Shown: positions 9,497-20,089, counted from the stretch's first letter. The stretch: DNA of 64,000 nt from Candidatus Nanoarchaeia archaeon (GCA_036514715.1 DATBWR010000013.1:6779-70778), one strand, 5' to 3'. A program made the numbers and translations. Notes: generated by a model not told the origin, from the sequence alone.

Positions 9497-10711
9497 ATGA
9501 GCAAAATTGAGGGTAGGACGCCTAAGGGTTTTCGTGATTTTCTCGGAACCGAGGCGGCCAACCGGCAAGCAATTACAAATAAACTCTCCCAAACTTTTGA
9601 GCGGTTCGGTTTTGAACCGTTAATTACGCCTGCTTTGGAATATGCCGAAGTCCTCAAAGGCAAATATGGTGAGGAAGAAAAATTAATTTACGAATTTGAG
9701 GACCGCGGTGGTAGGCAAGTTGCTCTGCGTTACGATCAAACTGTTCCACTAGCCCGTGTGATCGCCGCCTACCCAAACCTACCCAAACCCTACAAACGCT
9801 ACCAAATCCAACCGGTGTGGAGAGCTGAAAACCCCCAAAAAGGTCGTTTCCGCGAGTTTGTACAGGCGGATATTGATACTATCGGTACAGCCTCGGCTTT
9901 GGCGGATGCGGAAACTATCGCCTGCACGGTTTCAGCAATGGAAGAACTTGGTTTCAAAAACTTTACCCTCAAGGTTAACGACCGGGAAATTTTTGCTGGG
10001 CTGCCAAATAGTGTCATCAGTGCCATTGATAAACTTCCAAAAATTGGCCGGGACGCTGTTATGCTTTTGCTAAAGAACCAAAATTACAGCGATTTTCAGG
10101 CCGAAGACATTCTTAAAAAAGTTACCGACAGTCCCCCAACTGCAAGAATAAACCAACTTTTTGACCTGCTTGCGAAATTTAAAATTAGCTCAGGTAGATA
10201 CGCTTTTGATCCCTCCCTTGCCCGCGGCTTGGATTATTACACTGGCCTGATTTTTGAACTTGAAGTTGAAGGCTACACTGCAGGATCCGTCGGCGGCGGC
10301 GGTCGCTACGACAAACTAATTGGCCAATTTAGCGAAACACCCCTACCAGCAGTCGGTTTTTCCTTTGGGTTAGATCGCATTATGGAAGCAGCCCAAGAAT
10401 TAAAACTTTTCCCAGCAAGATCAAGTCAAAGCCAAGTTTTAGTAACAATTTTTAGCCAAGATTTGCTTCCCCAATCCCTTGAGACCGCCTCTGCCTTGCG
10501 CAATGAAGGTATTAATACAGAAATCTACTTAGACCCAGAAAGCAAACTGGACAAGCAGCTAAAGTACGCGGACAGTAAAAACATTCCCTACGCTCTTCTG
10601 CTTGGACCCCAAGAACTTGAGAAAAAGGTGGTCACTCTTAAAGACCTTAAGAGCGGCGAACAAAAACAAATCAGACTTGCGCAGGTACGCTCGATAGTAG
10701 AAAATAAGTAA
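9497..10711 (+). CDS. hisS: Histidine--tRNA ligase
   Basis: LRYDQTVP, QKGRFREF, RGLDYYTG, GGGRYD. Confidence 0.98.
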   Translation: MSKIEGRTPKGFRDFLGTEAANRQAITNKLSQTFERFGFEPLITPALEYAEVLKGKYGEEEKLIYEFEDRGGRQVALRYDQTVPLARVIAAYPNLPKPYKRYQIQPVWRAENPQKGRFREFVQADIDTIGTASALADAETIACTVSAMEELGFKNFTLKVNDREIFAGLPNSVISAIDKLPKIGRDAVMLLLKNQNYSDFQAEDILKKVTDSPPTARINQLFDLLAKFKISSGRYAFDPSLARGLDYYTGLIFELEVEGYTAGSVGGGGRYDKLIGQFSETPLPAVGFSFGLDRIMEAAQELKLFPARSSQSQVLVTIFSQDLLPQSLETASALRNEGINTEIYLDPESKLDKQLKYADSKNIPYALLLGPQELEKKVVTLKDLKSGEQKQIRLAQVRSIVENK

Positions 10712-10714
10712 AGT

Positions 10715-12088
10715 ATGCCCGAACCTGCCGGCTCAACAAATTCCGATTTAGAAACCTTCAAAAAAGCCCTTGCCCAGTTTAAAAGCACAGGAAGCGTAGA
10801 TTTTGACGTGGTCTCTTTGGCTAAAGAAAAATTTCTTCCCAGCGTTGGCGTCGCCCCTTCCGAAATCCAGAACATGGGCCCAGTGGCTGTTATGGTTAGA
10901 CTGGAAGAAGAACTTGCAAAAAATTCAGCCCAAGTAACGGCTACCAACGCAAATCTTGCTAACCTGACCACTGAAGTTGAAAACTTAAGCCATAAGATTA
11001 ACGACGAGATAAATGAGGAAATAAAACGCCAACTTTCCCAACACCCTTCTTCCGAAACTGTCCAGCAAGAGTTAGACAAGGTGGTCAATAAAGTTGAACC
11101 CTCTGAAAAGGAGACTCAATCACCTCCCAACTTACCTCAATCACCGCCTCTAACTTCTGAGCAAGTCCACAGTTACAACCTTAACCCCCTGCAAGCTAGT
11201 CTTGAAGCTGCCCTTGCCGACCTAAAGGAGGGTGATAGGGTCAATGACGAATGGAGCTTACGGCGAATTTCTAATACCAGTTTCGGCAATACCCAAACGC
11301 CTTTTTATGAACTACAAAACGCAACTGGGGCAGTCAGGACACTAAACCAAGAGGAGATGAAAGAGTTACTAAAAGCGCAAATTGTCGATCAAAGTCAGTC
11401 TCCCCCAAGTTACGAATCTCTACAGCCAGCCTCCCTACCAAAGGTTGACATCAATCCCCACCCAACCAACCTTTTTGACGAAGAGCTTCCTGAAAAGGAA
11501 TCTACTGATACGCAAAATGAGCAAAAGAAAGATCTGTCAGAGAGCCAAAAGGAGGAGTTAACGCCAAAACAAATCGAATTCTTAAAGAAAATTGCCTCTA
11601 ACAAGAGTCAATGGTCGGCTCTTACCTCTTTCACCCCTGAGCAATGGCAGACTTTCTCGAAGCTTTATTCTCAAGGCAAGTTGGCGCAACTGGGAATTGC
11701 TGCTAGTCCGCTACTTGATCTTTTAAACGACCCAGACTCTACCAAGAACGTTACTATCAAAAAGGGCGACAACATCCAAAACCTCCTTGAGCAAGAGGGG
11801 CTCAAACTTTCCTATACGGCGGACGATGCTTTACTTTTGGGCATCCATCTGCTACTTAACTATCAGTTAATAGAGGGTTCTCATCACAAGATTGAAGAGA
11901 GCGGTATTGCTATTGAACCACTACCTGCAGAAAGCGATCTCCTAAACTTAACAAAAAAAGCTAGGGGTGGGGATCTCCCCGCTCTTAACAGTTTAAAAGA
12001 CTCTTTAACTTTTCTGCCAGTTGAAGGCAATTTCAAAATTATCAAACCGGAAAAGTTTGATCAGCTCCAAAAGTTACTTGCGGAATGA
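10715..12088 (+). CDS. Hypothetical protein (coiled-coil, low complexity)
   Basis: 457-aa ORF in operon with hisS. Confidence 0.7.
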   Translation: MPEPAGSTNSDLETFKKALAQFKSTGSVDFDVVSLAKEKFLPSVGVAPSEIQNMGPVAVMVRLEEELAKNSAQVTATNANLANLTTEVENLSHKINDEINEEIKRQLSQHPSSETVQQELDKVVNKVEPSEKETQSPPNLPQSPPLTSEQVHSYNLNPLQASLEAALADLKEGDRVNDEWSLRRISNTSFGNTQTPFYELQNATGAVRTLNQEEMKELLKAQIVDQSQSPPSYESLQPASLPKVDINPHPTNLFDEELPEKESTDTQNEQKKDLSESQKEELTPKQIEFLKKIASNKSQWSALTSFTPEQWQTFSKLYSQGKLAQLGIAASPLLDLLNDPDSTKNVTIKKGDNIQNLLEQEGLKLSYTADDALLLGIHLLLNYQLIEGSHHKIEESGIAIEPLPAESDLLNLTKKARGGDLPALNSLKDSLTFLPVEGNFKIIKPEKFDQLQKLLAE

Positions 12089-13005
12089 CCAAAAAACTTC
12101 TGCCCATTTTAGCCCTAATCGCAACGGCGGTAATTTGGGGTATTACTGTCCCCTTACTAAAAGTCAACCTTGAAACCCTCCCACCTTTCTCCTTGGCTTT
12201 CATCCGTTTTACCATCGCTACCGTTATAGTAATGGGTTTGTCTGAGCTCTCGGGACTAAAATTAAAGGATTTTCTTCATATCGGCGTATTTGCTTTCTTT
12301 GGTGTCACCCTTCACATTGGACTACTACTCTTGGGTTTACGAGAGACAACAACTATTGATGCTTCATTTGTCTTTTCGCTGGGCCCAGTTATAACCTCTT
12401 TGCTAGCAGTCTTTGCGATCAGAGAAAAAATTAATTTTTCTCACATCTTGGGTATTTGCATAGCTTTCTTGGGAGCTTTTCTTTACGCTTTATATCCCTT
12501 ACTTTTTGGTAGCTTGGAGTTTAGAACCAACTTACTCGGAGACTTACTGGTACTGGCTTCGACTATTTCTGCTAGCATCTATATAGTTGGCTCTAAAAAA
12601 CTTTTCGAAACTTACAAACCCTCAACGATTTCGGCAGTATCTTTCACTGTTGGCGCAATTAGTTTCCTGCCTTTTAGCTTGTGGGAATTTTCAGACCCGA
12701 CTTGGTTAGCAAACGTTAGCTGGTTTAATATAGGTTCCTTAATCTTCTTTGGAATCTTCTCCTCTTTTTTGGCCTACTCAGTCTACGAATGGGCTCTATC
12801 AAAGGTAGCCGTACACATTGATGCTACCATCAGCTATTTGATACCAATAATCTCGATTTTGTTAGCAACAACCTTGTTTAAAGAAAATCTTGAGCCAATT
12901 TTCCCAGTTAGTTTTGTCCTAGTCGCTCTGGGGATATACCTGGTTAGTCGTTTTCACCCACCAACAATGCATGGTCACTATCACCGGCACCATCATAAAG
13001 CATAA
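12085..13005 (+). CDS. DMT/EamA family transporter with His-rich C-terminal tail
   Basis: About 10 TM helices, EamA repeat pattern. Confidence 0.9.
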   Translation: MTKKLLPILALIATAVIWGITVPLLKVNLETLPPFSLAFIRFTIATVIVMGLSELSGLKLKDFLHIGVFAFFGVTLHIGLLLLGLRETTTIDASFVFSLGPVITSLLAVFAIREKINFSHILGICIAFLGAFLYALYPLLFGSLEFRTNLLGDLLVLASTISASIYIVGSKKLFETYKPSTISAVSFTVGAISFLPFSLWEFSDPTWLANVSWFNIGSLIFFGIFSSFLAYSVYEWALSKVAVHIDATISYLIPIISILLATTLFKENLEPIFPVSFVLVALGIYLVSRFHPPTMHGHYHRHHHKA

Positions 13006-13010
13006 TTGGC

Positions 13011-13039
13011 TTGCTGGAAGCAAAACTTTATGCTAATAT
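13011..13039 (+). promoter_or_regulatory. Sigma70-type promoter of rpmE operon
   Basis: TTGCTG-17-TAATAT with TG extension. Confidence 0.65.
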
Positions 13040-13053
13040 ACTCACGTTTATAT

Positions 13054-13103
13054 CGACCAAAAGGTAGTTTCTGAGAAACTTAAGATTTATTATATTACGG
13101 TCG
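13054..13103 (+). promoter_or_regulatory. Conserved structured 5' leader motif, copy 2 (rpmE)
   Basis: CGACC AAAA GGTA GTTTC TGA GAAAC...TTAC GGTCG. Confidence 0.75.
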
Positions 13104-13161
13104 AAGATAGCGAAGCTAGCGCAGGGCGCGAAGCGATCTATATTTTGTCTAAGAAGTCAAA

Positions 13162-13563
13162 ATGACCCAAAAGATTGAAACTATAATTGAAAAACCTGAG
13201 GTTGAGGTTCCTGAAACAGAAATTGCACCAGAAGAACAAACCCAGCAACCCAAAGCCAAACAAGCAAAAAGTGAGGCTTTCAAACCCTTGCCGTATTTTG
13301 AAAATGCGACTGTTACTTGTGCTTGCGGTAACACTTTTACTACCGGCTCAACCCGGGAAGAGATTCGCGTAGAGCTTTGCAGTAACTGTCATCCGTTCTT
13401 TACCGGCCAAGAAAAATTTGTTGACACCGAAGGCCGAGTTGAGCGTTTCAAGCGCCTTGTGTCTTCTAAAAAGGCCAGCAGACCCAAAGATAAGTTTGAG
13501 AAAAAAGAAGACGATCGCCCCAAGACTCTCAAAGAAATGCTCCAAGCCCTAGAAAAGCGCTAA
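13162..13563 (+). CDS. rpmE: 50S ribosomal protein L31 (Zn-binding form) with N- and C-terminal extensions
   Basis: CACGN...[10 protein letters not shown]...GRVERF. Confidence 0.93.
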   Translation: MTQKIETIIEKPEVEVPETEIAPEEQTQQPKAKQAKSEAFKPLPYFENATVTCACGNTFTTGSTREEIRVELCSNCHPFFTGQEKFVDTEGRVERFKRLVSSKKASRPKDKFEKKEDDRPKTLKEMLQALEKR

Positions 13564-13618
13564 TCACTTTCCCACAAACTTTGTTAAAATAAAGTAGGTA
13601 TTAATTTTTACTTTAGCT

Positions 13619-14554
13619 ATGGACTATATTAAGCAGCAAATTGAACAATTAGACCGGCAAATTGCGGAAAATAAAGCCTTACTATCCGATCCTGAGTTAG
13701 CCTCCCTTGCACAGGCGGAGATAAACAGACTCGAAGAAGTGAAACAGGCTTTACTCACCCCAGTTGCATCGCCAGGCGATGAAAAAGACTCAACTGGAAT
13801 CGACACCCACAGCGCTATTGTAGAAGTTCGGGCAGCGGCCGGCGGCGATGAAGCTGGACTTTTTGCTGGCGTCCTCTACCGCATGTACGCTCGCTTTGCC
13901 GATAGTCAGGTCTGGAAAGTCGAGCAACTATCGATTAGCGAAGGTGGTCTTGGTAATATCAAAGAAGTAGTTTTCAGGGTCTCTGGTCTTGGCTCGTACG
14001 GATTGTTAAAGTTTGAATCCGGCGTTCACCGAGTGCAGAGAGTTCCAGAAACTGAAAGTTCCGGTCGAATTCACACGTCTACAGCAACTGTTGCTGTCTT
14101 ACCGGAACTGGAAGACCGTGATTTCCATATCGACGAAAAGGATATAAAAATCGACACTTTTCATGCTTCAGGTCATGGAGGCCAAAGCGTCCAAAAAGTC
14201 GAAACCGCAGTCCGGCTGACTCACCTACCTACGGGAGTTATCGCCACTTGCCAAACCGAAAGATCTCAATTTCAAAACAAGGAAAAAGCTTTGAGCATTT
14301 TGCGGGCCCGTGTTTACGAAGCTTTAGCTTCCGAGCAAAAAGCAGAAGTTGATACTAACCGCCGTCTGCAAGTCGGGACTGGTGACCGAGCTGAAAAAAT
14401 CCGCACTTATAATTACCCACAAGACCGCATCACTGATCACAGAATTGGCAAGAGCTGGCACAACATCGAAAAGATTTTAGACGGTGACCTCTTGCCGATT
14501 TTAACTTCTATCCAACAAGCCGATCAGGAAGATTCGTCCAAAACGTCTGATTAA
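13619..14554 (+). CDS. prfA: Peptide chain release factor 1 (short N-domain)
   Basis: GVHRVQRVPET (PxT motif), GGQ, IRTYNYPQDR. Confidence 0.95.
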   Translation: MDYIKQQIEQLDRQIAENKALLSDPELASLAQAEINRLEEVKQALLTPVASPGDEKDSTGIDTHSAIVEVRAAAGGDEAGLFAGVLYRMYARFADSQVWKVEQLSISEGGLGNIKEVVFRVSGLGSYGLLKFESGVHRVQRVPETESSGRIHTSTATVAVLPELEDRDFHIDEKDIKIDTFHASGHGGQSVQKVETAVRLTHLPTGVIATCQTERSQFQNKEKALSILRARVYEALASEQKAEVDTNRRLQVGTGDRAEKIRTYNYPQDRITDHRIGKSWHNIEKILDGDLLPILTSIQQADQEDSSKTSD

Positions 14555-14562
14555 AGCTCCTT

Positions 14563-15288
14563 ATGAGGATTGCTGATGCCTTGAAGCAAATAAACATTGA
14601 CCTAGTGGAAAAGGAGATTTTGCTAGCTGATCTTTTGAAAAAAGACCGCTCTTTTCTCCACTCCCACCCGGAATTTACATTGTCCGAAAGTCAGACTGAA
14701 GAATTTAAATCTCGACTGGAGAGACGAGAGCAAAATGAGCCGGTTGCCTACATTTTAGGTTATCAAGAATTTTACGGCCGGCGTTTTTTAGTTAATAAAG
14801 ACGTCCTCATTCCTCGAGCCGATACTGAAATGTTAGTTCAAGAGGTTTTGGCATTTACTAAAAACAAAAATCTAACCATTGTCGATGTCGGTACCGGCGC
14901 TGGTTGTATCGCCATTACCCTTACAGCCGAAAATCCTAAACTCAAAATCGTTGCTACCGAGATCAGTAGACCAGCTCTCGCGGTTGCTAAAAAGAACGCC
15001 GCTCTCCACAGTGTCACCAAAGCAGTTCAATTCCTTCATGGTTCGCTTCTCGAACCCTTAACTGGCCCCGTTGACGTTATTGTCGCCAACTTGCCTTACA
15101 TCACCACTAGGTCTTTGCATAGGCTGCCAGAGGAAATCAGAGACTGGGAACCACACGTGGCTCTACATTCTGGTGGCAATAGTAAATGGGGTTTTTACGA
15201 AGTGTTATTCGCACAGAGCAAGGAAAAGCTAAAACCGGGAGGTAAAATTTTTTATGAAATTGATGGAAAAGTCCTCACCCAACCTTAG
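14563..15288 (+). CDS. prmC: Release factor glutamine methyltransferase
   Basis: VLIPR, DVGTGAG, NLPY; follows prfA. Confidence 0.93.
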   Translation: MRIADALKQINIDLVEKEILLADLLKKDRSFLHSHPEFTLSESQTEEFKSRLERREQNEPVAYILGYQEFYGRRFLVNKDVLIPRADTEMLVQEVLAFTKNKNLTIVDVGTGAGCIAITLTAENPKLKIVATEISRPALAVAKKNAALHSVTKAVQFLHGSLLEPLTGPVDVIVANLPYITTRSLHRLPEEIRDWEPHVALHSGGNSKWGFYEVLFAQSKEKLKPGGKIFYEIDGKVLTQP

Positions 15289-15967
15289 GTGGCTGGTCCA
15301 TGGGAAATGGTTCTGGTGTATAGACATCTTCCTTAGGCTTGCGCTTCTTCCACCAGTACCACAACCCAACGCCAATCAAAATCATTAGTGGGATAAAAAT
15401 AATTAACGGTGAGGGGGCTCCTCGGGCCTTCCTTGCCCGAGCTTTTTCCAAGTTCTCCTGGGTTGCGACCACGTTGTAACTTCCACCCACCACCCCTTCC
15501 AAAGAGTCCTCTGCTTTACCATGAAGCGGGGCATTTGACTCTTTTGTTCCCCCCTTTTCGAAATCAAAGGAAAGTTTTGTTTGCCCACTGTCCAGTACTT
15601 CAAAAATTAGGTTCGCTACCACCACATCTCCAAAAACTTCAACCCCATCTTTGGGTGCTAGAGCAGTTAACTTTAACTTACCACTCTCATCTTGTTTGAT
15701 AGGGTAAGTTCCAAAAAATCCTCCTTCCCTAAGCTCCTTTAACTCTAAATAATCGGCATCATACATCAAGGAAACATCAACCCCATCCACCCGCTCCCCA
15801 TCGCTCTGCAAAACAATCTCAACCTCCAAATCTTTACCTTCCTCAACATTAGAAAAAGGTGGATTTAATATTAATTTACTTGCCCAAACCGAAGAAAATT
15901 TCGGTGCGAGTATTGCGAAACCTAAAATTAGGATTGCTGTTAAGCTAAGTTTAAACTTAAGTCTCAT
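15275..15967 (-). CDS. Cohesin-domain surface protein with C-terminal TM anchor
   Basis: Signal peptide; VDGVDVSLMYD...GQTKLSFDF cohesin-like; TM followed by KKRK. Confidence 0.7.
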   Translation of the reverse strand: MRLKFKLSLTAILILGFAILAPKFSSVWASKLILNPPFSNVEEGKDLEVEIVLQSDGERVDGVDVSLMYDADYLELKELREGGFFGTYPIKQDESGKLKLTALAPKDGVEVFGDVVVANLIFEVLDSGQTKLSFDFEKGGTKESNAPLHGKAEDSLEGVVGGSYNVVATQENLEKARARKARGAPSPLIIFIPLMILIGVGLWYWWKKRKPKEDVYTPEPFPMDQPPKVG

Positions 15968-15976
15968 TATCTAGCC

Positions 15977-17962
15977 TTACCCTCTTTTACCTAAGTTGGT
16001 TAATAATAAAGAATAATCAACGCTGTTAACAACGCCGTCATAGTTGATATCGTAGAGAGCCTCTTCGTTGCTCATCCCGGCCGGAACCATTCTTTCAAGG
16101 TCAGTTTGATCAATCACGTTATCACCATTAAAGTCGCCCATCACAAAGGCTGCAACTGACGCTTTAGTATCGTTGGTGAAAGTAAAACCTAAAGCCTGCA
16201 TTAAGGAATTTTTCGCCCAAACTTTCAAGACGTAATTGGTGTTCTTTGCCAACTGACTGTTGGTCTTTAAGATTAGCGTCCCACCCTTGCTTTCCACTAT
16301 CGCTTTTTGGGAAAAAGCGGTTTGCTCTACTTTAATCGTCACTTCCATACCACCTTTCAGGAAGGGGTTTGGAGCAAAGGTAAGGGTAATATCGCTACTT
16401 GTGGCTTTCGGCGCAGTTGACCCGGGTGGCGTAACTTTAGGAGCCGAAGATTGCGAACCGCCCGTTCCACCGCTGGTTCCACCAGTCGAACCACCGGTTG
16501 ATCCTCCAGTCGAACCACCGGTTGAGCCCCCAGTCGAACCACCGGTTGAGCCCCCAGTGGAGCCTCCTCCAGAAGAACCGCCGCCGGAGCTAGAAACAGT
16601 ATAACTGGTAGTAGCCTGGTTATTGGAATCATTGCTTTCGGCGATTTGACAGTCAGCATCGACAAAAACCCTCCCCGTGTAAGTACCCGCTGAAGATGGG
16701 GCGGTGAAGCTCAAAGTGAAATTACCGGTTGAAACACCTGCTCCCAAAGAACTAAAGGAACGGGAAGCCTGACCGTTGGGTGTTAGACATGGAACACTTG
16801 AAGGTTGGTTGGAATAAACATCAACCCAAAAAGTCCCAGAAGCAGCTCCACTACCGTTGTTAACAATATTGACAGTGGCAGTTACCGTCTGTCCTGAAGT
16901 TGGGTTTGTAGGCGACAGAGTAAAATTACTAACCGCCAAATCTGGCTGTGATGGCGGAGGTGGGGGTGAGGAGACGTTAACGGTTACTGAGTCAGAAGCA
17001 CTTCCCCCCGAACCGCTACAGGCCAAAGTGTAGGTTCTGCTGGCCGTTAGACTACCGGTAGATTCAGATCCGCTTGTGCCTTTGGTCCCGGACCAACCAT
17101 TAGAAGCTGTACAAGAAGTGGCATTGGTTGAAACCCAAGAAAGAGTCGCACTGGTATTGTAACTAATGGTAATTGGGCCGTTAGAGTTATTAGCTTTAAG
17201 ATCCACTGTTGGTTGGGGAGGAGGCGGAGGTGGTGGGGAAGTCACGTTAACGGTTACCGAATCGGACGCACTCCCCCCTGAGCCGCTACAGGCCAAAGTG
17301 TAGGTTTTTGCCGAGGTGAGATTACTCGTAGATTGTGAACCGCTAGTTGCTTTAGACCCTGTCCAGCCGTTAGAGGCCGTACAACCAGTTGCATTACTCG
17401 AACTCCAGGAAAGAGTCGCACTGGTATTGTAACTAATGGTAATTGGGCCGTTAGAGTTATTAGCTTTAATATCCACTGTGGGTGGGTTACAGTTGGGAGT
17501 GGTAATTGTAGGGGCAGCCGGGTAAGCAAGAGAGCCGCCGTTGGGATCGGAATTAAGATAGGCGTAAATTCTCCACCAGTAAGTGTAGCTGTCTTGCGGA
17601 GTTGCCCCGCCAATTGGGTTGTCCCTGTCCCAAATGAACCATTCTTGGGGAACAGGAAGGTAAAGGTTCCACCAGAGACCATCGTCAGCAAAACTTGAGT
17701 TGACATCAATGTCAATGTAACTACCGTCAGCGTAAGGCGGGTTCCAATCCCAAAAAAAGGTTACGCGCGGATCTCCTTGATAACAACTAGTGGTGTAAAC
17801 ATAAAGGTCAGTGGGTACGGGTGAGGAGGCTTGGGAACGAGTGTCTCTTGAAGTTAGAGCAGCGTATTGAGTAGCAGCAATGGCGGTGAAAAGCAAGACA
17901 GTTAAAACTAGAGAGAACCAGGTTGACCGGCTTAGTTTAATCTTCTTCAAGGAAAAAGACAT
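15977..17962 (-). CDS. Large surface protein: two PKD/Ig-like repeats, CARDB, GGST linker, C-terminal dockerin
   Basis: PDLAV...IAESNDSNN (CARDB); GDFNGDNVIDQTD and DINYDGVVNSVD (dockerin EF-hands). Confidence 0.8.
   Translation of the reverse strand: MSFSLKKIKLSRSTWFSLVLTVLLFTAIAATQYAALTSRDTRSQASSPVPTDLYVYTTSCYQGDPRVTFFWDWNPPYADGSYIDIDVNSSFADDGLWWNLYLPVPQEWFIWDRDNPIGGATPQDSYTYWWRIYAYLNSDPNGGSLAYPAAPTITTPNCNPPTVDIKANNSNGPITISYNTSATLSWSSSNATGCTASNGWTGSKATSGSQSTSNLTSAKTYTLACSGSGGSASDSVTVNVTSPPPPPPPQPTVDLKANNSNGPITISYNTSATLSWVSTNATSCTASNGWSGTKGTSGSESTGSLTASRTYTLACSGSGGSASDSVTVNVSSPPPPPSQPDLAVSNFTLSPTNPTSGQTVTATVNIVNNGSGAASGTFWVDVYSNQPSSVPCLTPNGQASRSFSSLGAGVSTGNFTLSFTAPSSAGTYTGRVFVDADCQIAESNDSNNQATTSYTVSSSGGGSSGGGSTGGSTGGSTGGSTGGSTGGSTGGSTGGTSGGTGGSQSSAPKVTPPGSTAPKATSSDITLTFAPNPFLKGGMEVTIKVEQTAFSQKAIVESKGGTLILKTNSQLAKNTNYVLKVWAKNSLMQALGFTFTNDTKASVAAFVMGDFNGDNVIDQTDLERMVPAGMSNEEALYDINYDGVVNSVDYSLLLTNLGKRG
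16462..16580 (-). repeat. Tandem 12/24-bp repeats encoding a (GGST)n linker
   Basis: ccaccggttgagcccccagtcgaa units. Confidence 0.85.
16960..17481 (-). repeat. Intragenic ~270-bp tandem domain duplication
   Basis: PTVD(I/L)KANNSNGPITISYNTSATLSW...SDSVTVNV occurs twice, offset 270 bp, with long identical DNA stretches. Confidence 0.9.
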
Positions 17963-18051
17963 TAACTATATGCTAGCAAATAGCAAGTCAAAATTAAACC
18001 CTTCACACTCTTAGGGATTTGCTTTCTTGAGAAGAAAGTGAAAAGTCAAAA

Positions 18052-19239
18052 TTATTCTGGGTTTTCTTCCAAAGTCGCGGTTAGTTTAACTACCTTCCCG
18101 TCTCGATAGATCTCTAGGGGTATTTTCTGACCCACTTTTAATGAGTTGAGAATAGTGACAATATCATTATCTTCAGTTACCCTTTGGTCGTTGAGTTTGG
18201 TAATAATGTCACCGGCCACAACTGTGGCTTTTTCGGCTGGAGAACCGCCAGCAACGCGGCGCACAAAAGCTCCCTGGGGTACTCCCTGAACTTTAGCTAC
18301 GGCCGGGTCAATGGTCTGGTAAACTATGCCCAAGTAAGGTTTAATTATCCGCCCGTCCTTTTTGTATTGATCTAAAATCACCTTGACCCGGTCAATAGGA
18401 ATGACAAAACCGATGTTTTGGGCTTCAACCGAAATTGCAAAATTGACTCCGACAACTCTGCCTGAGAGATCCAGTAGTGGCCCTCCGGAATTACCGGGGT
18501 TTAGGGCGGCATCAGTTTGAATAATGTTTTGCAGAGTCTCCCGGGATTGGCCTGGACAACCACCACCACCAGCGGTTATTCCTCTACCCACTCCAGAAAC
18601 AACTCCAACTGTCACACTGTTTTGAAACTGCCCTAAAGCGTTACCAATAGCAATCACCTTTTGGCCTGGTTTAAGCACTGACGGGTCGCTGCTGCCCAGC
18701 TCTAAAGCGGGCAGGCTGCTTCCTTCGATTTTCAAGATGGCAATGTCGTTGGCTGGATCCAGATCAATTTTTTTGACGTCAAAGGTCTTTTGGTCTTTAG
18801 TCACCACTGCGTAATCAAGGGTTTTTTGGCAAACCACATGGTTGTTGGTGATAACAATTCCACTTTGGTCAATGATAAAACCCGTGCCAATCCCCTCTTG
18901 ATCAGTTACTGAGCCGCGGTCCGGATCAAAACTGACTGTTTTAGCCACAATAGAAACTACTGCCGGGGAAACTTTATCAACCACGTCAATAATAGCTGAT
19001 TCTTCAACTGTCCGAATTATTGTGCCACCGTCAGGAGTTTTTACTTCACTTACAGTCGGCCTGAGGAAATCAGGTAAGGAATCCTTAAACGGCAAACTTT
19101 GATACCAATTTGGATAATTGATCCCTAAGATCAAACCAACTACCAGAGTAAGAAAAAGAAGAATAAGTCCGGATAGAACTAGTGTCGCAGTCAACCAGTA
19201 TTTTTGAACCAAAGGATTTTGACGAAGTTTATCGAGCAT
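18052..19239 (-). CDS. htrA: HtrA/DegP serine protease with PDZ domain
   Basis: TNNHVV, DIAIL, NPGNSGGPL; likely start MLDKL at 19239. Confidence 0.93.
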   Translation of the reverse strand: MLDKLRQNPLVQKYWLTATLVLSGLILLFLTLVVGLILGINYPNWYQSLPFKDSLPDFLRPTVSEVKTPDGGTIIRTVEESAIIDVVDKVSPAVVSIVAKTVSFDPDRGSVTDQEGIGTGFIIDQSGIVITNNHVVCQKTLDYAVVTKDQKTFDVKKIDLDPANDIAILKIEGSSLPALELGSSDPSVLKPGQKVIAIGNALGQFQNSVTVGVVSGVGRGITAGGGGCPGQSRETLQNIIQTDAALNPGNSGGPLLDLSGRVVGVNFAISVEAQNIGFVIPIDRVKVILDQYKKDGRIIKPYLGIVYQTIDPAVAKVQGVPQGAFVRRVAGGSPAEKATVVAGDIITKLNDQRVTEDNDIVTILNSLKVGQKIPLEIYRDGKVVKLTATLEENPE

Positions 19240-19349
19240 TTCTACTATTTTCCTAAATTGAAGAAGTTCAAACGAAATCTTGAGCTTCTTATATTTTACA
19301 CCAAAAAGCAAACTCGCAGAAAAAGGAAAGCTGACCGCTTTTTATGCAA

Positions 19350-19661
19350 TCAGCTTTGATCCCCTCCTGTATTTATTTCAGCCAGTCTTTTTTCGAGATA
19401 TTGGCCGGTTTTATCTCTCTCCGACTCTAGACGGGCTACCTCTCCATCTAGTCTCCTTAATAACTCTCTCCTTCTCAACGAAGCAAACTGCTCTGGCCAA
19501 TGTTTTCTCTGACATCGTGTACACTCTCTCTGGTTGGCTAGACTGATCTTCCCCATCGAGAAAAGAAGGGCGATTTCGCAAGTACCGCAATCCCCGTGAG
19601 CATGACCAGTAATTGGCGGGGGTTCAGTCTCGTTTGAAGCAACCAAATCTCTCTCCTTCAT
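19350..19661 (-). CDS. Hypothetical protein with CxxC...CxxC and a coiled coil
   Basis: HGDCGTC, CTRC; coupled to upstream ORF. Confidence 0.55.
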   Translation of the reverse strand: MKERDLVASNETEPPPITGHAHGDCGTCEIALLFSMGKISLANQRECTRCQRKHWPEQFASLRRRELLRRLDGEVARLESERDKTGQYLEKRLAEINTGGDQS

Positions 19662-20089
19662 TAAGAGTTAATTGGTAATGGTTTGGGTGTTATGATCCAC
19701 ACCCTTTGCATTTCCAGGTAAACCAATCCCTGAGTCTGCATCAGGGTGGAAACTTCCTCTTGGAACCGCGTACAATTCTCCTTGCTCCAGGTTCCCTCCA
19801 GTCTTGTAATTGGTTTGGAAAGACCAATCCCACGACTAGCTTCTCTCGATAGACGTTTACCCTTAAACTCGGGGGCCCTCACCAACTTAGCTGTTGGTTT
19901 CTCCGGATATCTGTTGGTAACACCGTAAGAGTGCATAAGACTGCAAACCTGGGCCCAGAAACTTTTCATCTCTTCTTCCGTCCATGGTGGTTCAGCTTTT
20001 TTGACCAAACCGTTTAGATCCACGAACCAATTACCAGTTTCGTCGGAAACAATACTTCCGAAAATGGGTCCCTCCTCCTTTTTGGACAT
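19661..20089 (-). CDS. Hypothetical protein
   Basis: 142-aa ORF downstream of a promoter and leader terminator. Confidence 0.55.
   Translation of the reverse strand: MSKKEEGPIFGSIVSDETGNWFVDLNGLVKKAEPPWTEEEMKSFWAQVCSLMHSYGVTNRYPEKPTAKLVRAPEFKGKRLSREASRGIGLSKPITRLEGTWSKENCTRFQEEVSTLMQTQGLVYLEMQRVWIITPKPLPINS

Noticed and set aside
13162-14554. Extended L31 and shortened RF1 with GGQSVQ
   Set aside because: Core motifs are intact; likely ordinary lineage variation
16462-16580. Regular repeats as a possible CRISPR array
   Set aside because: No unique spacers; in-frame GGST linker
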